From Hemiscyllium ocellatum (lineage: Eukaryota), in the NCBI RefSeq assembly GCF_020745735.1, contig NC_083445.1:2046001-2110000 (forward strand): 64,000 nt of DNA. Reading direction: 5' to 3'. This document shows, piece after piece, positions 34,850-46,890 of this stretch. The notes under the pieces were generated by a model that was given only the letters and a program-made list of their open reading frames with translations, was not told where the DNA came from and did not search any database. Positions within the stretch are counted from its first letter, which is position 1. Every line of letters starts with the position of its first letter. A program made the position numbers and the translations under genes.

Positions 34850-35749
34850 ATAATACTATAGCCCAATTCTTTGACACATGTTCCCTATAAGCCAATGTAT
34901 GGATTAGAATTGCAGAAACAAAAGCACTTAGTGATTGTGATGTAAGGTGTGTGATTGATATATATTTTAATATCATTTATTTTTGAATTTGGACTTTTGA
35001 ATTTGAGCCAATGACATGTAGGTTTTCTGTGGGTTTGAAAGGGTTTAACAATAGCTTTTAAGTATTTCTGTAGCCATGGTGATTTGCCTTAAAACAATAT
35101 GAAAGGAAGACTCCTTAGAGAGTAATGGGTTTTTGTTCTTATGGGAGAATAAGTGAACACGATAAATTATTATGTTTTAAGCTCTACTTTGGAAGGTCAG
35201 AGTTCTTTTTTAGTTAGGGGTAAGACCTAATGCTTGGAAGATATTTTGTTTAGTTTCAGTTTGGGCAGTTATGCAGTTGTTCCTTAGAAAGGGAAAATAT
35301 AATTTAGAACTGTTTAACTTAGATTACCAAAGTGTCAGATGTTTTGCAAAATTTCCAGACCAGAAGTGTTTAGTTATTTAAAACTGAGAATGGTTATGCT
35401 CAATTGTATGATGTATCAATGAACAACTGATCAGATTCTCAACACCGGGAATTACAGCCACAGCTAAATCAAAGCTGATGTGGTATAGAGAAAGGAGTTC
35501 TCTTTGCTGTAAGTACTATAAATGCTTCTTGGTGGGATTAATGGGATTTTTATTTATTTTGTTTCAAAATCTATAAACTTATGTTATATGTAAACAATTT
35601 GTGTATTATATTTTACCTTTTTTCTGTAATAAACTTTGATTTTATTGTTAAAACCAAGTCTGCAGCATTGCTATGCTTATGTTCAGTGAAAGACCACTTA
35701 GTTAAAACAAAAACAAAATATGATCTATCAAGCCTGATTTCAAAGAACA

Positions 35750-36125
35750 ATATGGCACAGAAACAGGCCCTTCAGTAATCCAAGCTTGCACTGACACATT
35801 TTGCCCTTTCATCCTAAAACTGTCTTCACTTACAGGTTCCACATTCCTCTATTCTCTTTCTATTCATGTTTCTTGAATGCTGCTATTGTGTCTGCTTCCA
35901 CTACCTGCTTTGGATCACATTCCACTACCCTTTGTCTGAAAAGCTTGCCTTGTACATCTCTCAAATCCTCCACGCTCCCCCTCTCCTCAACAATACACAC
36001 ACACACACACGCTCCCCTCTCCTCAACAATACACACACACACACACACACACACTCTGAACCTGTGTCCTCTATTAACCCTGGAAAACAGCCTCATACTT
36101 TCCACTCTACCCATGCCTTTCAAAA
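35750..36125 (-). mobile_element. CR1 3' end containing (CA)n microsatellites at about 35996-36056
   Basis: Minus ORF reads VYKILKGMGRVESMRLF...KLFRQRVV...VVEADTIAAFK. Two (CA)n runs are each preceded by ctcccctctcctcaacaata. Confidence 0.75.
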
Positions 36126-36494
36126 TCTTATAAACTGGGACCTGACTTATCAAGTAAGAATATCACTGAAGATCATAACGCAGTGAAATTTATTTTAAAC
36201 TAAAATATCTCACAGATGAATATAATTATCTCATTTATATTCACTAGTTTATAATACATTAGTTGATTCTCCTGAAGCATTTGGGTGAAGTCACATTTAA
36301 GGCTATTATTTATGTGGAACAGGTGCACAAATGCAAATTGTTCCCCAATATTTATAATTAGTTGGTAGAACTTAGAACATTGCTAAAAGGAAACATAAAT
36401 GGAAGCCTTTAGTTGTGCACTCACAGGACACAAACCTAAGGAAACCAAATTAAGAAAAGAAATAATCATTCAAACAGCAAAAGGAAGAGGATGC

Positions 36495-37160
36495 TGACTG
36501 GCTTGATACAGGAATATATGAAATAGGGGTAGGCCATTTGGCCCTTTGGGCCTGTACCATCATTCAATATGATCATGGCTGATGACTCAACTTCAGTATC
36601 CCACTCCTGCTTTTTCTCCATACTCCTTGATTCCCTTAGCCACAAGAACCACGCCCAGCTCCCTCTTGAATATATCTAACAAAGTGTGTCCGATAGCTGT
36701 GGGAGAGAATTCCAAAGGTTCACAACTCTGAGTGAAGAAATTCTTTCTCATCTCAGTGCTGAATGGTTTACCCCATATTCTTAGACTATGACCCCTAGTT
36801 TTAGACTTCCCAAACATCAGGAACATCCTTCCTGCATCTAGTCTGTCCAGTCCCATCAGTATTTTGTATGTTTCTATGAGATTCCCCTCATTCTTCTGAA
36901 TTCCAAAGAATACAAGCCCAGTCGATCCAATTTTTCTTTCTTCAGACTAGGAGACCAAAATTGCACACAATACTCAAGGTGCGGCCTCTCCAAGGCCCTG
37001 TATAACTGTAGCAAGATATCCCTACTCCTATATTCAAATCCTCTATGAAAACCAGCATGCCATTGGCTTTCCTCACTGCCTACTGTATCTGTATGCCAAA
37101 CTTTAGTTATAACTCCATCATGACACCCAGGTCTCATTACCCTTTACCTTTTCCTAAACA
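36495..37160 (-). mobile_element. CR1 3' fragment
   Basis: Minus ORFs read [29 protein letters not shown] and TRGHSLRIWGKPFSTEMRKNFFTQ. Confidence 0.8.
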
Positions 37161-37849
37161 GCCACCATGTGGGTGATGAAGTGGGTACTATTAACAGTCT
37201 GAGTTAACTGATTAAATCAAACCAGATAAATTGGCACTAATGGTTCAGGGCAATGCCATGGAGATGCAGCATGGATTGGTTGTCTCCATAGTGCTTTTCT
37301 CATTGAACAAGATACATGTGAGGTCATACTTCCTTTTCTCAAAGATAGGGCACTGTGCACGAATAAATGTAGCTCCTAGCAGGTCCACATAAATCAATCT
37401 GTGAACGCAAATGGATATCTTGAATTGATTTCCACTTTAATTCTTAGCACACCAGGATTGATAAGTAAATGTTATTGGAAAGAATCATATCTAATGTTCA
37501 ATAGAATGTTCTGAGTTTTGCAAGTGGAGCTTATTAAGCATAGTCAAAAGGATACATTGCGTCCATCAGTCATATCACATACAAACTCATATATCGCACT
37601 GATTTATCTGGTGAGCAGAATGTCTTTTTGTCATGATGGCAGCATCTTGTTGATGGGTAATATCACTCATGTGCTTACTGCAAAGTAGCAGTGTAAGATG
37701 GCTACTTTTAACTTCCCCTTTCAGAACACTTGGCATTGAAGTGCAGAAGGGGAAGTGTAAAAACAGGACTTCCTCTTCGCTCAGGACCTTAAGTGGAAGC
37801 CATGAGTCCAGAACACGTCAACCAGATCCAAAGTTGCCACATATTATTA

Positions 37850-38420
37850 AAGTAGCCGAAGTCATTTGGAGAAATGCCCTGCATTTTATTGCTAGGCAGT
37901 AGCAAGATACTAAGTGATAGTCACTAGTGCTTGTTAATTGCTTTGTTTATACCACAACTCGTTTTATTAATATTCAGACTCTTACCTTAACAAAGTTGGT
38001 AAGGAAACAATAGCAAGCACCTTGCTGCTTGCTGTAAATGACTTCTATGTTGGAATGGGGAACCAACAGTTCAGAGCACACTCCATGCACTTCACATCCA
38101 CAGACAATGATCTCTGATGTGTGCCTGCTTCTAAAACCCACACAGCACATTTCTGATTCACTTACGTGACGCTTCTGCACTTGGATGGTAATCACAAGCT
38201 GCATCAGCAACCAGGACTGTAATACTGCAGGAAAGACGTTGTGCGCTCAGGGACATTCCAGGCTCTTTATTGGCTGTCAAAGTGACCACTGGAATATGCC
38301 TTGCTTTTGTGTTCCCTCAATCAGAGAGATCAGGGTCATATTACATCTGTCCTGCCTTGGTGTTTAGCACACAAAAAAAAGCCAGGTGTTTTTTTTATGG
38401 TTGTCAGCAGTGCTCAGTCA
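37850..38420 (+). mobile_element. Probable decayed PIF/Harbinger transposase remnant
   Basis: Patchy similarity to HARBI1-like motifs: IKVAEV..ALHFIARQ resembles VKVTVALNFFASG, and later segments resemble FHSxNVQxICD. The sequence is heavily frameshifted. Confidence 0.4.
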
Positions 38421-38649
38421 AGCCAAGGGCTTTTGCTCAAGGATCCCAGCACAGTAAGCTAAAAGCAGCCTTCAGTACCAGGCCAGGTCCTCCTTGGAGC
38501 TGTCAGAGTTAAAATACCCACCCTATAAGGGGCGAGGAGACAAATGGCAGGCAGCGCATGACCTTGCTAGACTCTTTCTGCCTGATTTTGGGCTATTTTC
38601 CTCCTGGAATGAGTGAGAGATGCAGGTATTACTGAATATGATAGGCCTT

Positions 38650-38860
38650 ATACTGGCAGAATGGAAAAGGACACTGACTTCCTTTCGACAGTGCTGAGCA
38701 TTTCTTCAGATAGATGAGGCTATATTAACCTGGGTGGCAACTTTGGACAAGGGTTGGCATGTTCAGGTGTCATGACCTCCACTGCTGGTCCTAGGAGAAC
38801 AAGTGCCAGAGTCCAGAAGGATCTCCAGGACTCTGTCTGCAAAGTGGAATTCCCCCTATC
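38650..38860 (-). mobile_element. Decayed Myb/SANT-like ORF of Harbinger type
   Basis: Minus translation FADRVLEILLD...SKVATQVNIASSI*RNAQHCRKEVSVLFHSA matches the Harbinger Myb/SANT pattern F.DRDLEVLL...EVA..V...R..QCRKK.NDL. Confidence 0.55.
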
Positions 38861-39231
38861 CACCACGTCCATGGTAAATGTCAGGAACAGTGCAGGGTAG
38901 CTACTGACTAACAATGCTTGTCCAGGTAAATAACAGGCTTTTAAAGATGATGCAAACTAAAGGGATACCAATGAATGTCAGAACTTCAAGTTGTTGTGGA
39001 AAGGTTGCATGGTATGATGGGGTGGAAATTGTATGTGAAATTTACATATTGTGGGGTGGGGTAAGTAGCTAATTAAACAACTTTGGTAAGATTTGTCAAG
39101 ATAACTCACTTGGCCTCGTTACAAATTCTCAAAACCCCTTGATGCAATTCAAACTCAGTCAAAAAACTTATTCAGTCCTAGATATGACTACATAGAGAAC
39201 AGTAAAAATGTCTATCTATCTAAAGCCATGA

Positions 39232-39352
39232 TGTGGTGGAGCCGGTGTTGGACTGGGTGGACAAAGTTAAAAATCACACGACACCAGTTTATACTCCAGC
39301 AGGTTTATTTGGAAATACAAGCTTTGGGAGCACTGCTACTTCATCAGGTAGC
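39232..39352 (-). mobile_element. PLE family B terminus ending at its hammerhead (39316-39350)
   Basis: Reverse complement reads TAC-CTGATGA-A-GTAGC-AGT-GCTCC-CAAA-GCT-T-GTA, followed by the family B terminus. Confidence 0.7.
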
Positions 39353-39719
39353 GAATCCACTAGCTTTAACTTTATCTATCTAAAGATGTGCAATAAATCA
39401 GTTTCTTGTTAGTGTTTTTCTGTCTGTCTTTGATAAAAAAACTTAACAGGACTGATATAAAACTACAAAATTTCAAAGAAATTATAACTTTATACTGCAC
39501 AAGAAATGAGTGCTGATTGGTTGGCAAACAGATGCTGATTGGGGAGACTTTCATAAAGAATGCACAACAGAATTAACGTTCCCACACTTCTGTTTCATTA
39601 AAAACGGGACAATGCCTGAACAAACTCCTTTGCTTGCAGAGAAAGTGTTGCAGAATAATACTGATGGTGTTGAACCATGAGACTTGGTGGGAAGTTGGTG
39701 CAGAAGCAGAGACAGTATG

Positions 39720-40280
39720 AGTTGCAGAGGGCATAGTTGGTGCTTATCTTGATGCAACAGGGAAGGTTGTTGACCTTCTTACAACACTGCTGGAGGCAGA
39801 CTGATCTAGATGGCAGGGTCTGATAATATGGCCTCTGGTAGCTCTCCAGGAAGAGTAATCTATTTTTAAATTTATTCACAGGATGTGGGTGCCATTGGCT
39901 AGGCCAGCATTTATTACCCATCCCTAATTGCCCACATCACTGTGGGTCTGGAGTCATATGTAAGCCAGACCAGGTAAGGATAGCAGTTTCCTTTCCTAAG
40001 GGACATTAGTGAACCAGATGGATTTTTCCTGACAATTAACAAGTGTTTCATTATCATCATTAAGTGTTAAATTCCAGATTTTTATTGATTCAAATTCTAC
40101 TATCTGCTGTGGCAGGATTCAAAACCAGGTACCCAGCATACTACCAGGGTTTTTGGATCAATAATCTAGTGATAATACTATTAAACCATCACTCCTGTCC
40201 TTTGCATTACTGTGCCAATAAGGACCTCCAGGTCCCTGTTGGAAAATTGTAGTGCCATATTCCCCTTTTCCAAAATATTC
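39720..40280 (-). mobile_element. Second Harbinger Myb/SANT remnant, split by a Deu-SINE (39870-40195)
   Basis: MALQFSNRDLEVLIGTVMQR (ORF 40181-40372) resumes beyond the SINE as LFLESYQRPYYQTLP...QQCCKKVNNL (ORF 39598-39921). Confidence 0.6.
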
Positions 40281-42189
40281 AGATTCTGTCCAGCAGTGAG
40301 CAGGGCAGCATCAGAATGTGTGTGCTCATCTGGATGCACAGTAATGATGAAGGAATTAATATACATTTCCAAGTCTGTATGGAACGTGAGTTTGAAGGGA
40401 ACTTACCAGTGGTGGCATTCCCATGTGTCTGCTACCCTTGTTCTTATAGGTGGTAGAGGTTATGGATTTGCAAAGTGCTGTCAAAGGAGCCTTATTGAGT
40501 TACCAGATTGCAACAACTTTTGAAGTAACATATTTCTTATTCAATCTAGGTACAGTAACCATGCCCTGGTATGGTTCCTCAGGTACAGAGTTCAAAGCCA
40601 ACTCAAGCATCTCCCTTGGTTGGCATGGATGCTTCAGCCTGTTTGATCAAAACATGCTTCACTAAAACCTTTATCAGAAAGTTTGGTGCAAGACCAGGCA
40701 CCTGCTGAGCACCAGGCAGGATAGGACCATGTAGTTCAGCAATCAAGGACTTCACCCACATATACAGAGAGAAAGAGCAGCAGCAGACAGATATGTGGGA
40801 CACAATTGCCCTCATTCCTTACTTCTTCACATTCCCACACATTTATCTACATGGTCCACTCCAGCTGTGGACATCAGGCCTGCATCAAGACACAGTGGTT
40901 GGCTAAGAAAGAAAAAGACACATTCAATATACATGGGTGGCATAGGTGATCATTTGGTGTTATATAATCCAGACTACTGTAAATATTTCTTATTTTAACA
41001 GGATATAAACATATCTTCTTTTCTCTCTACATCCAAACAATGCCTCATTGACTTTCCCTCTCCTTTGCTACTTTACTTCCCCCACTCCACAGCTACAGCC
41101 ACCTTCTTCCTCTATACTGTTTTTGCTCCACTTAGAGATCTTGCAACACACCATAATCTAACCTTAACTGTAAGTAGCAAGCATGTTACTACAAAGTTAT
41201 GGAAGAAGTCAGTCACACCAGGGTGCGTGTCTCTTATATGCAGTTAGGTACCTGAAGACATGGATTTCTCAACTGGGTAGAACTTAATTAGGAGCAAGCA
41301 TTTAATTCTGAGGAACATTGCTTTAATGAAATGGAAATACATGCAGAGAAGCCTCTTGACCCCTTTAGTCAGGGAGTTCAAACCACCCTTAAGGTTGGAA
41401 AACTTAATTGCAAATGTTGACCTTGCCGTGAGATCCTGAAATGTTGGCCTTTTGCCCAGTTATTTCCCCTGCCCACCATTCCTCTCATTTCCTCTCGGAT
41501 CGCTCCTCCAAAACTTCACGAGCTTCCTGTGAAAGAGTGGGTCTACAAAATAAGTAGAGTCGAAAAACGTGGTGCTGGAAAAAGCACAGCAGATCAAGTG
41601 GTATCCAAGAAGCAAGAGAGTGAATATTTTGGGCACTGACACTTTAGGAATTGTCCAATTTATCCAATGACAACCAAGTTTCTCAAACTGAACTAGTCCC
41701 ACTTGCCTGTGTCTGGCCCAAATCCTTTTAAACTTTTCCTAATCATGTACCTGCCTTTTCAATATTGTAACTGTACCGGCACCTACCAATTCCCTTGGCA
41801 CTTCTATTTGTAGCTTCAACATTGTCAAAAATCAAGACGGTGCCCTCTGCTGGAAGCAGAATGCTGAAACACTTATAGCTTGTTTCTGATCATTTCATCG
41901 CACTTTACACTAAGAATGTAGAACTACATAACTACAAAACTACCTAAGTAATACAGTGAGATGGAAATGTAATCCCAACAAAATCAACTTTTTTAATGCA
42001 GAGGATTATCTATATTCTGATGTAGTTGACAGCTGTAACACTGTGAACTGGATTTTCCACTGCTACAGTGCCCAAAACCTAGAAACAAAAATGAAGGGAA
42101 TATAGGACAGAGACCTGCTGCCAGATTTTCACCATCGTCAGCAAGTCAGAGAACTATTCACAGGCAGAACCTTTGAACATGCTGTCAGG

Positions 42190-42620
42190 TATGGACGGTT
42201 TGAGTTATAAAGAAAGGCTGGATAGGCTGGGAGTTCTTTTCACTGGAGCATAGGAGGTACATTGAAGTACACAAAATAATGAGGGCGATAGACGGAGTTA
42301 ATGGCAGTTGGCTTTTCTCTAGGAAGGGGAATTTCAAGACTAGGAGACACATTTGTAAGGTGAGGTGAGACATTTAGAAAAAGATGGAGGAATCTTTTTT
42401 TTAACACAGAGAGTGGTTTGCATGTGGAATGAACTTCCTAAGGAAGTGGTGGATGTGCATACAATTACAACGTTTAAAAGACATTTGGATAAGTACATGA
42501 ATAGGAAAGACTTGGACAGATATGGGCCAGGAACAGGCAGGTAGGACTAGTTTAGTTTGGGATTATGTTTGGCATGGACTGGTAGGACTGAAGGGTCTAT
42601 TTCCGTGCTGTATGACTCTA
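42190..42620 (+). mobile_element. CR1 3' end
   Basis: ggctggataggctgggagttcttttcactggagcataggagg through tail ggtctatttccgtgctgtatgactcta. Confidence 0.75.
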
Positions 42621-42674
42621 ACTGTGGGGAGCCAGTTTCCAAAAGATTCCTCAACTTCAACTTCAATTATTATT

Positions 42675-42828
42675 TGTAGTGATCTGAACGGTGTCAGTCG
42701 AGTGGATCTTATAGAATCTAAGTTCCCTGATTGGGGCTGTTAACCTGGTCCAATCAGGGAGCCCTGACTGTTAGGGGTTCTGTTCACTCTATGAGCCAAA
42801 TCTGAGCTAGCTGGGTCAGTGTCATGTA
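42675..42828 (+). mobile_element. Gypsy LTR fragment (same family as 15205-20780 and 54918-55365)
   Basis: gttccctgattggggctgttaacctggtccaatcagggagccctg and gttctgttcactct are shared with the other LTR copies. Confidence 0.7.
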
Positions 42829-43885
42829 GGAGAAAGTGAGGACTGCAGAAGCTGGAGCTTAGAGCTTCAGTGGTTACTACACCAAACGCCATCCCCTGAA
42901 ATATACTGTCTCTCTCATTTACTGGAGTCTTATGTCTAGTAGTGGCATTCCTGATGCCATTTCATGGCCTTCCCCACCAAGGATAGAATCCCTTTGCTCC
43001 TCACCTTCCAACCCACTAATCTCCAGATACAGTGCATCATCCTCCACCATTTCCACCACCATCTGTCAGACCCCACCACCAGAGATACATTTCCCTCCCC
43101 AGCCCTATCAGCATTCCGCAGAGATCATTCTCTCTGCAACTCCCTAGTTACGTCCATGACCCCCACCAACCCACCCTCCACTCTTGGTACCTTCCCTTGC
43201 ACCACAAGAAGTGTAAACCCTGCGCTCACACTTCTTGCCTCACTTCCACCCAAGGCCCCAAATGATCCTTCCACATCAGACAGATTTTCCTGCACATCCA
43301 AACACCTGATCTACTGTGTCAGTTGCTCTCGATGCGGTCTCCTCTACTTTGGGGAGACAGGATACCAACTCGTAGAATGTTTCAGAGAACATCTCTGGGA
43401 CACACTTACCAAACAACCCCACTGCCCTGTGGCTGATTGCTTCAACTCTCCTCTCCCAAGTTTTGGGGCTCCTCCATTGCCAAACCATAGCCGCTCAATG
43501 CATGGAGGAAGAATGCTTCATCTTCTGTCTTGGGACCTGCCAATCACACGGCATCAACATCAATTACACCAGTTTCCTCATCTCCCCTCTCCCCCACCTC
43601 ATCCGAGATCCAACCATCCAACTCGTCACTGCCCTGTTGATCTGTCCTACCTGTCCATCTTCCTTCTTACCAATCCACTCCACCCTCCACTCCAAGCTAT
43701 CACCATCACCTCCCCACCTGCATATGACCATCGTCTTCCTAGCTACCATCCCCCCAACCCTACCACCCACTCATATTTATCTCTCAGCCCCCTTTCCCCT
43801 CCCCCGTTATGCCTGAAACATCGACTCTCCTGCTCCTCAGATGCTGCCTGACAACTGTACTTTTCCAACACCACACTTTTCGGCC
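42829..43885 (+). mobile_element. Older Penelope-like element with inverted head and GIY-YIG remnant
   Basis: Frameshifted ORF reads DPTTRDTFPSPALSAFRRDHSL...LIYCVSCSRCGLLYFGETG...FREHL. An inverted terminus gagaaagtgaggactgcag lies at the 5' side and a decayed terminus at about 43805-43885. Confidence 0.85.
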
Positions 43886-44247
43886 TATTGTAAGCTCTAA
43901 CCATGTGGCTTCATATGAGAAGCCTTCTAAAATGTCGAAATGTACTTAAAGCCTTTCGAACCTTGAAAATTAACATTTTTAATGTTGAAAGATATATCAG
44001 GAGACTATTCATTTTTACTGTATCATTTTGTTTTCATATTCAGTTTTCCTTACAGTTTTTGGGCGGTGCAGTATAACACACATTGAGGGACTAAGGGTGC
44101 TACTTACAGATAACATAAAACCGTTACTATTTAAAATGCAGCACACAATCATCCAACTGTCAAATAAACTTGTTTTGTGCATGTTGAAATCATCACTTAC
44201 GGTCTCACTGATACACTTGTATCTGAAACTATCAAATTGAGCGATCG

Positions 44248-44308
44248 ATGCTTCTTAGCAGCATGTACAGCAACATAATCCTTTCAGTGCTGGCTTTCTG
44301 GATCCAAA
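44248..44308 (+). CDS. ICAM-like gene B, signal-peptide exon
   Basis: ATG at 44248 gives MLLSSMYSNIILSVLAFWIQ, then A|gtgagt (phase 1). Splicing to 44815 gives ...FWIQTTVTGFEVSI, a plausible cleavable signal peptide. It is missing from the ORF track because it is short. Confidence 0.8.
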
Positions 44309-44814
44309 GTGAGTATCTGTGTTAAAGGAACTGCTTAACAACGAATTGTTCCCTGGATTAAAAAGTTAACTTCCAAGTGTTTAAAAACTTTAAGGACATT
44401 TCTTGCGCTGGACATGGGCATGTCTCTGTGGCACCTCCTGGATTTATTAAGTTAGTACTGGGTAAAAGGTAACCATTCATTCTGATGGTTCTGAAAACCA
44501 TGCTTATTGAGACAGCCCTGAAGTTTAATTGCTTTATATCATGAAATGTCACACTAGAAAACGTCTGTTCCTGACTCTTTCCCTCTCTAGCCTTTCTCCC
44601 ATATTTCTCTCTCTCTAATTCCTTTGTAGTTCCTCTCATGTTTAACTAACTTCTTCCTCTCCTCAGCAAGTGATCATCTGCTTCTACCTAAAGTATGCTT
44701 TCAAAAAACGTTGAGTCCTCAAATGCACTATTATGTCAGGGAGTTTTCCATGCAATATGTTGCCTTGAATGGATTCTGTGTGTTTGTATTTACTGTGATT
44801 TGTTTTCTTGGCAG

Positions 44815-45084
44815 CCACTGTAACTGGATTTGAAGTTTCAATCGATGTAAAGCCCCCAGCCGTGGAATTTGGAGGTTCCATTGGGATGAACTGCAGCACA
44901 ACATGTCCAAAACCAACAATACATATGGAATATAAACCAGGAGTAAATTTCATGAGAACAAACGGCAGTACTTGGTACCATGACTATTTCCCAAGTGTCC
45001 AGGAGTGGGATTTAACACTAGCATGTGCTGTGAATTGTCTGGATCCTCAGCTAAAGAATGTGAAAAAGCATGTCACAGTGTACA
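44815..45084 (+). CDS. ICAM-like gene B, N-terminal Ig domain (D1)
   Basis: Acceptor ttttcttggcag, donor A|gtaagt, 270 nt. EFGGSIGMNCSTTCPKPTIHMEY...LACAVNC...HVTVY has the CxxxC...CxxxC double-disulfide pattern of ICAM/VCAM/MAdCAM D1. Confidence 0.92.
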
Positions 45085-45220
45085 GTAAGTATAAACTGGC
45101 ATTAAAGAAATACAGCGGCATGGGATGGCATTGCTGATGGTAAGTGGAACCTGTCTGATTTAGTGTAGGTTGATACTGGCTTAATAAGGAATGATTCTTC
45201 AGAGTGGAAGAAAACAGACT

Positions 45221-45438
45221 GGGGGCTCCATCAGAATGAACTGCAGCACAGCATGTCCAGAACCAACAACAACTATAGAATATAAATTAAGGATAAACCC
45301 TAACAGAACAAAGGGCAGTACTTGATATGATAACTATTTCCCAAGTTGTCCAGAAGTAGGATTTTACAACTGCATGTTCTGTGATACGTCAAGCAGAAGA
45401 TTCTAGGAGGAAGAAGACAGTTGATGTCATAGTATACA
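45221..45438 (+). pseudogene. Degenerate tandem copy of the D1 exon (pseudo-exon)
   Basis: GGSIRMNCSTACPEPTTTIEYKLRINPNRTKGST*YDNYFPS, then a +1 frameshift and a second TAG. It retains the gtatacA|gtaagt donor at 45439. Confidence 0.85.
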
Positions 45439-46477
45439 GTAAGTGAAAACTCTAGATCCAGCATGAAAGGGGTCAGGTTCAAAAGAGATACGAAGGGTAA
45501 GATTTTTACACAGCGTCTGGTAGGAGTCCAGAATGTGCTGCCAGAGGCAGATACACTAGGGGCATTTAAGGGACTTTTAGATCAGCACATAAATATACAA
45601 CAAATGGAGGGATATGGACCAAGGGCAGGCAGAAGGGATTTCAGTCATGTTCAGTACAACATGGTGTACTGAAGAGCCTGTTCCTCTGCTGTACAGTATA
45701 TGTTCTATTAAAGAAATACAGTGGCTCGGGAAAGTCTTGGTGATGATAAATGGAACCCGTTGGATTTCATGTGGTTTGGTACTGGTTCAATGGGGAACAA
45801 TGCTGTCAGAAGAACTCATTTGGTTCACTAGTGCCCTTTCTGAGAGGATAACTGACTTCCTTAATTAGTCTGGCCTACCTAGGACTCCAGTAAATTAAAA
45901 GCTGCATCTTGGTTTGGTTCTACCAGGATCATTCAGCCACAGACCTCATTATAATCTTGGATCAAACATGAACAGAAAAGCTGAACTCCAGAGGACAGAT
46001 GAAAATGACTTCCTTTCGCATCGAGGCAGCATTTGACCAGGTTTTCCAACAAGATGATCAGTAAGCTTGAATTGACTGGGAGTCAAAGGGTAAAACGTCT
46101 GCTGAGTGGAGGTGAATAATGAAGCAATCATTACCACATGCTGCAAGGTCTGGACAACATTGAAAAGTAGACTAATAGTGGGTGAGTAACATTCACCCCA
46201 AAACCTCCAGGCAATGACAATCTCCAAGAGCAGAAGCTCCAACCATCCCCCCTTGACAACCAATGGTATTACCATTATTGAATTTCCCATGGTCTGTTAA
46301 ATGTGTATGCATTTTATTTTATTGTCTACAGGAGCCCAGTTGTGAAGAACTTGCTTTTACTTCCTTCTCCATTTGACAGAAAGCAGAGAGACTGTGAACT
46401 ATTTTTATCTTGATCTCTGAATAGGCTTGATTTTGCTAATTTTGGGGAAGGTTTCTGATCTGTTCAGTGCTCTCCTA

Positions 46478-46890
46478 TAAAACTATGAGGGGCATGGATA
46501 AGATAAATAGACAAAGTATTTTCCCTGGGATGGGGGAGTCTAGAACTAGAGGGCATAGGTTAGGCTGAGAGGGGAAAGATATAAAAGAGACCTAAGGGGC
46601 AACTTTTTCACACATAGGGTGGTATGGGTATGGAATAAGCTGCCAGATGAAGTGGTGGAGGCTGGTACAATTGCAACATTTAAAAGGCATTTTGATGGGT
46701 ATATGAATAGGAAGGGTTTGGAGGGATATGGGTCAGGTGCTGGCAGGTGGGACGAGACAACATCCTGGGCCGAAGGGCCTGTCCTGTGCTGTACTGTTCT
46801 ATGTTCTAGACTGGGTTGGGATATCTGGTCGGCATGGACAAAAGGGGATTGAGGGGTCTGTTTCCGAGCTGTACATCTCTTTGACTCTTT
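46478..46890 (+). mobile_element. CR1 3' end(s)
   Basis: Reads MVWVWNKLPDEVVEAGTIATFKRHFDGYMNRKGLEGYG, with tail gaagggcctgtcctgtgctgtactgttctatgttcta. A similar remnant lies at about 45460-45710. Confidence 0.75.

Noticed and set aside
34935-35750. Possible solo LTR (TG start, AATAAA near 35628)
   Set aside because: No second copy, TSD or recognisable terminus could be verified in the window.
42964-43851. 295-aa ORF; also the 241-aa ORF at 52482-53207
   Set aside because: The first drifts between frames of a decayed Penelope element. The second is a chance fusion of a PLE terminus and CR1 sequence. Neither is a host gene.
44740-44751. NF-kB-like GGGAGTTTTCC in gene B intron 1
   Set aside because: It is an imperfect match that is expected by chance in 64 kb, and there is no conservation evidence.
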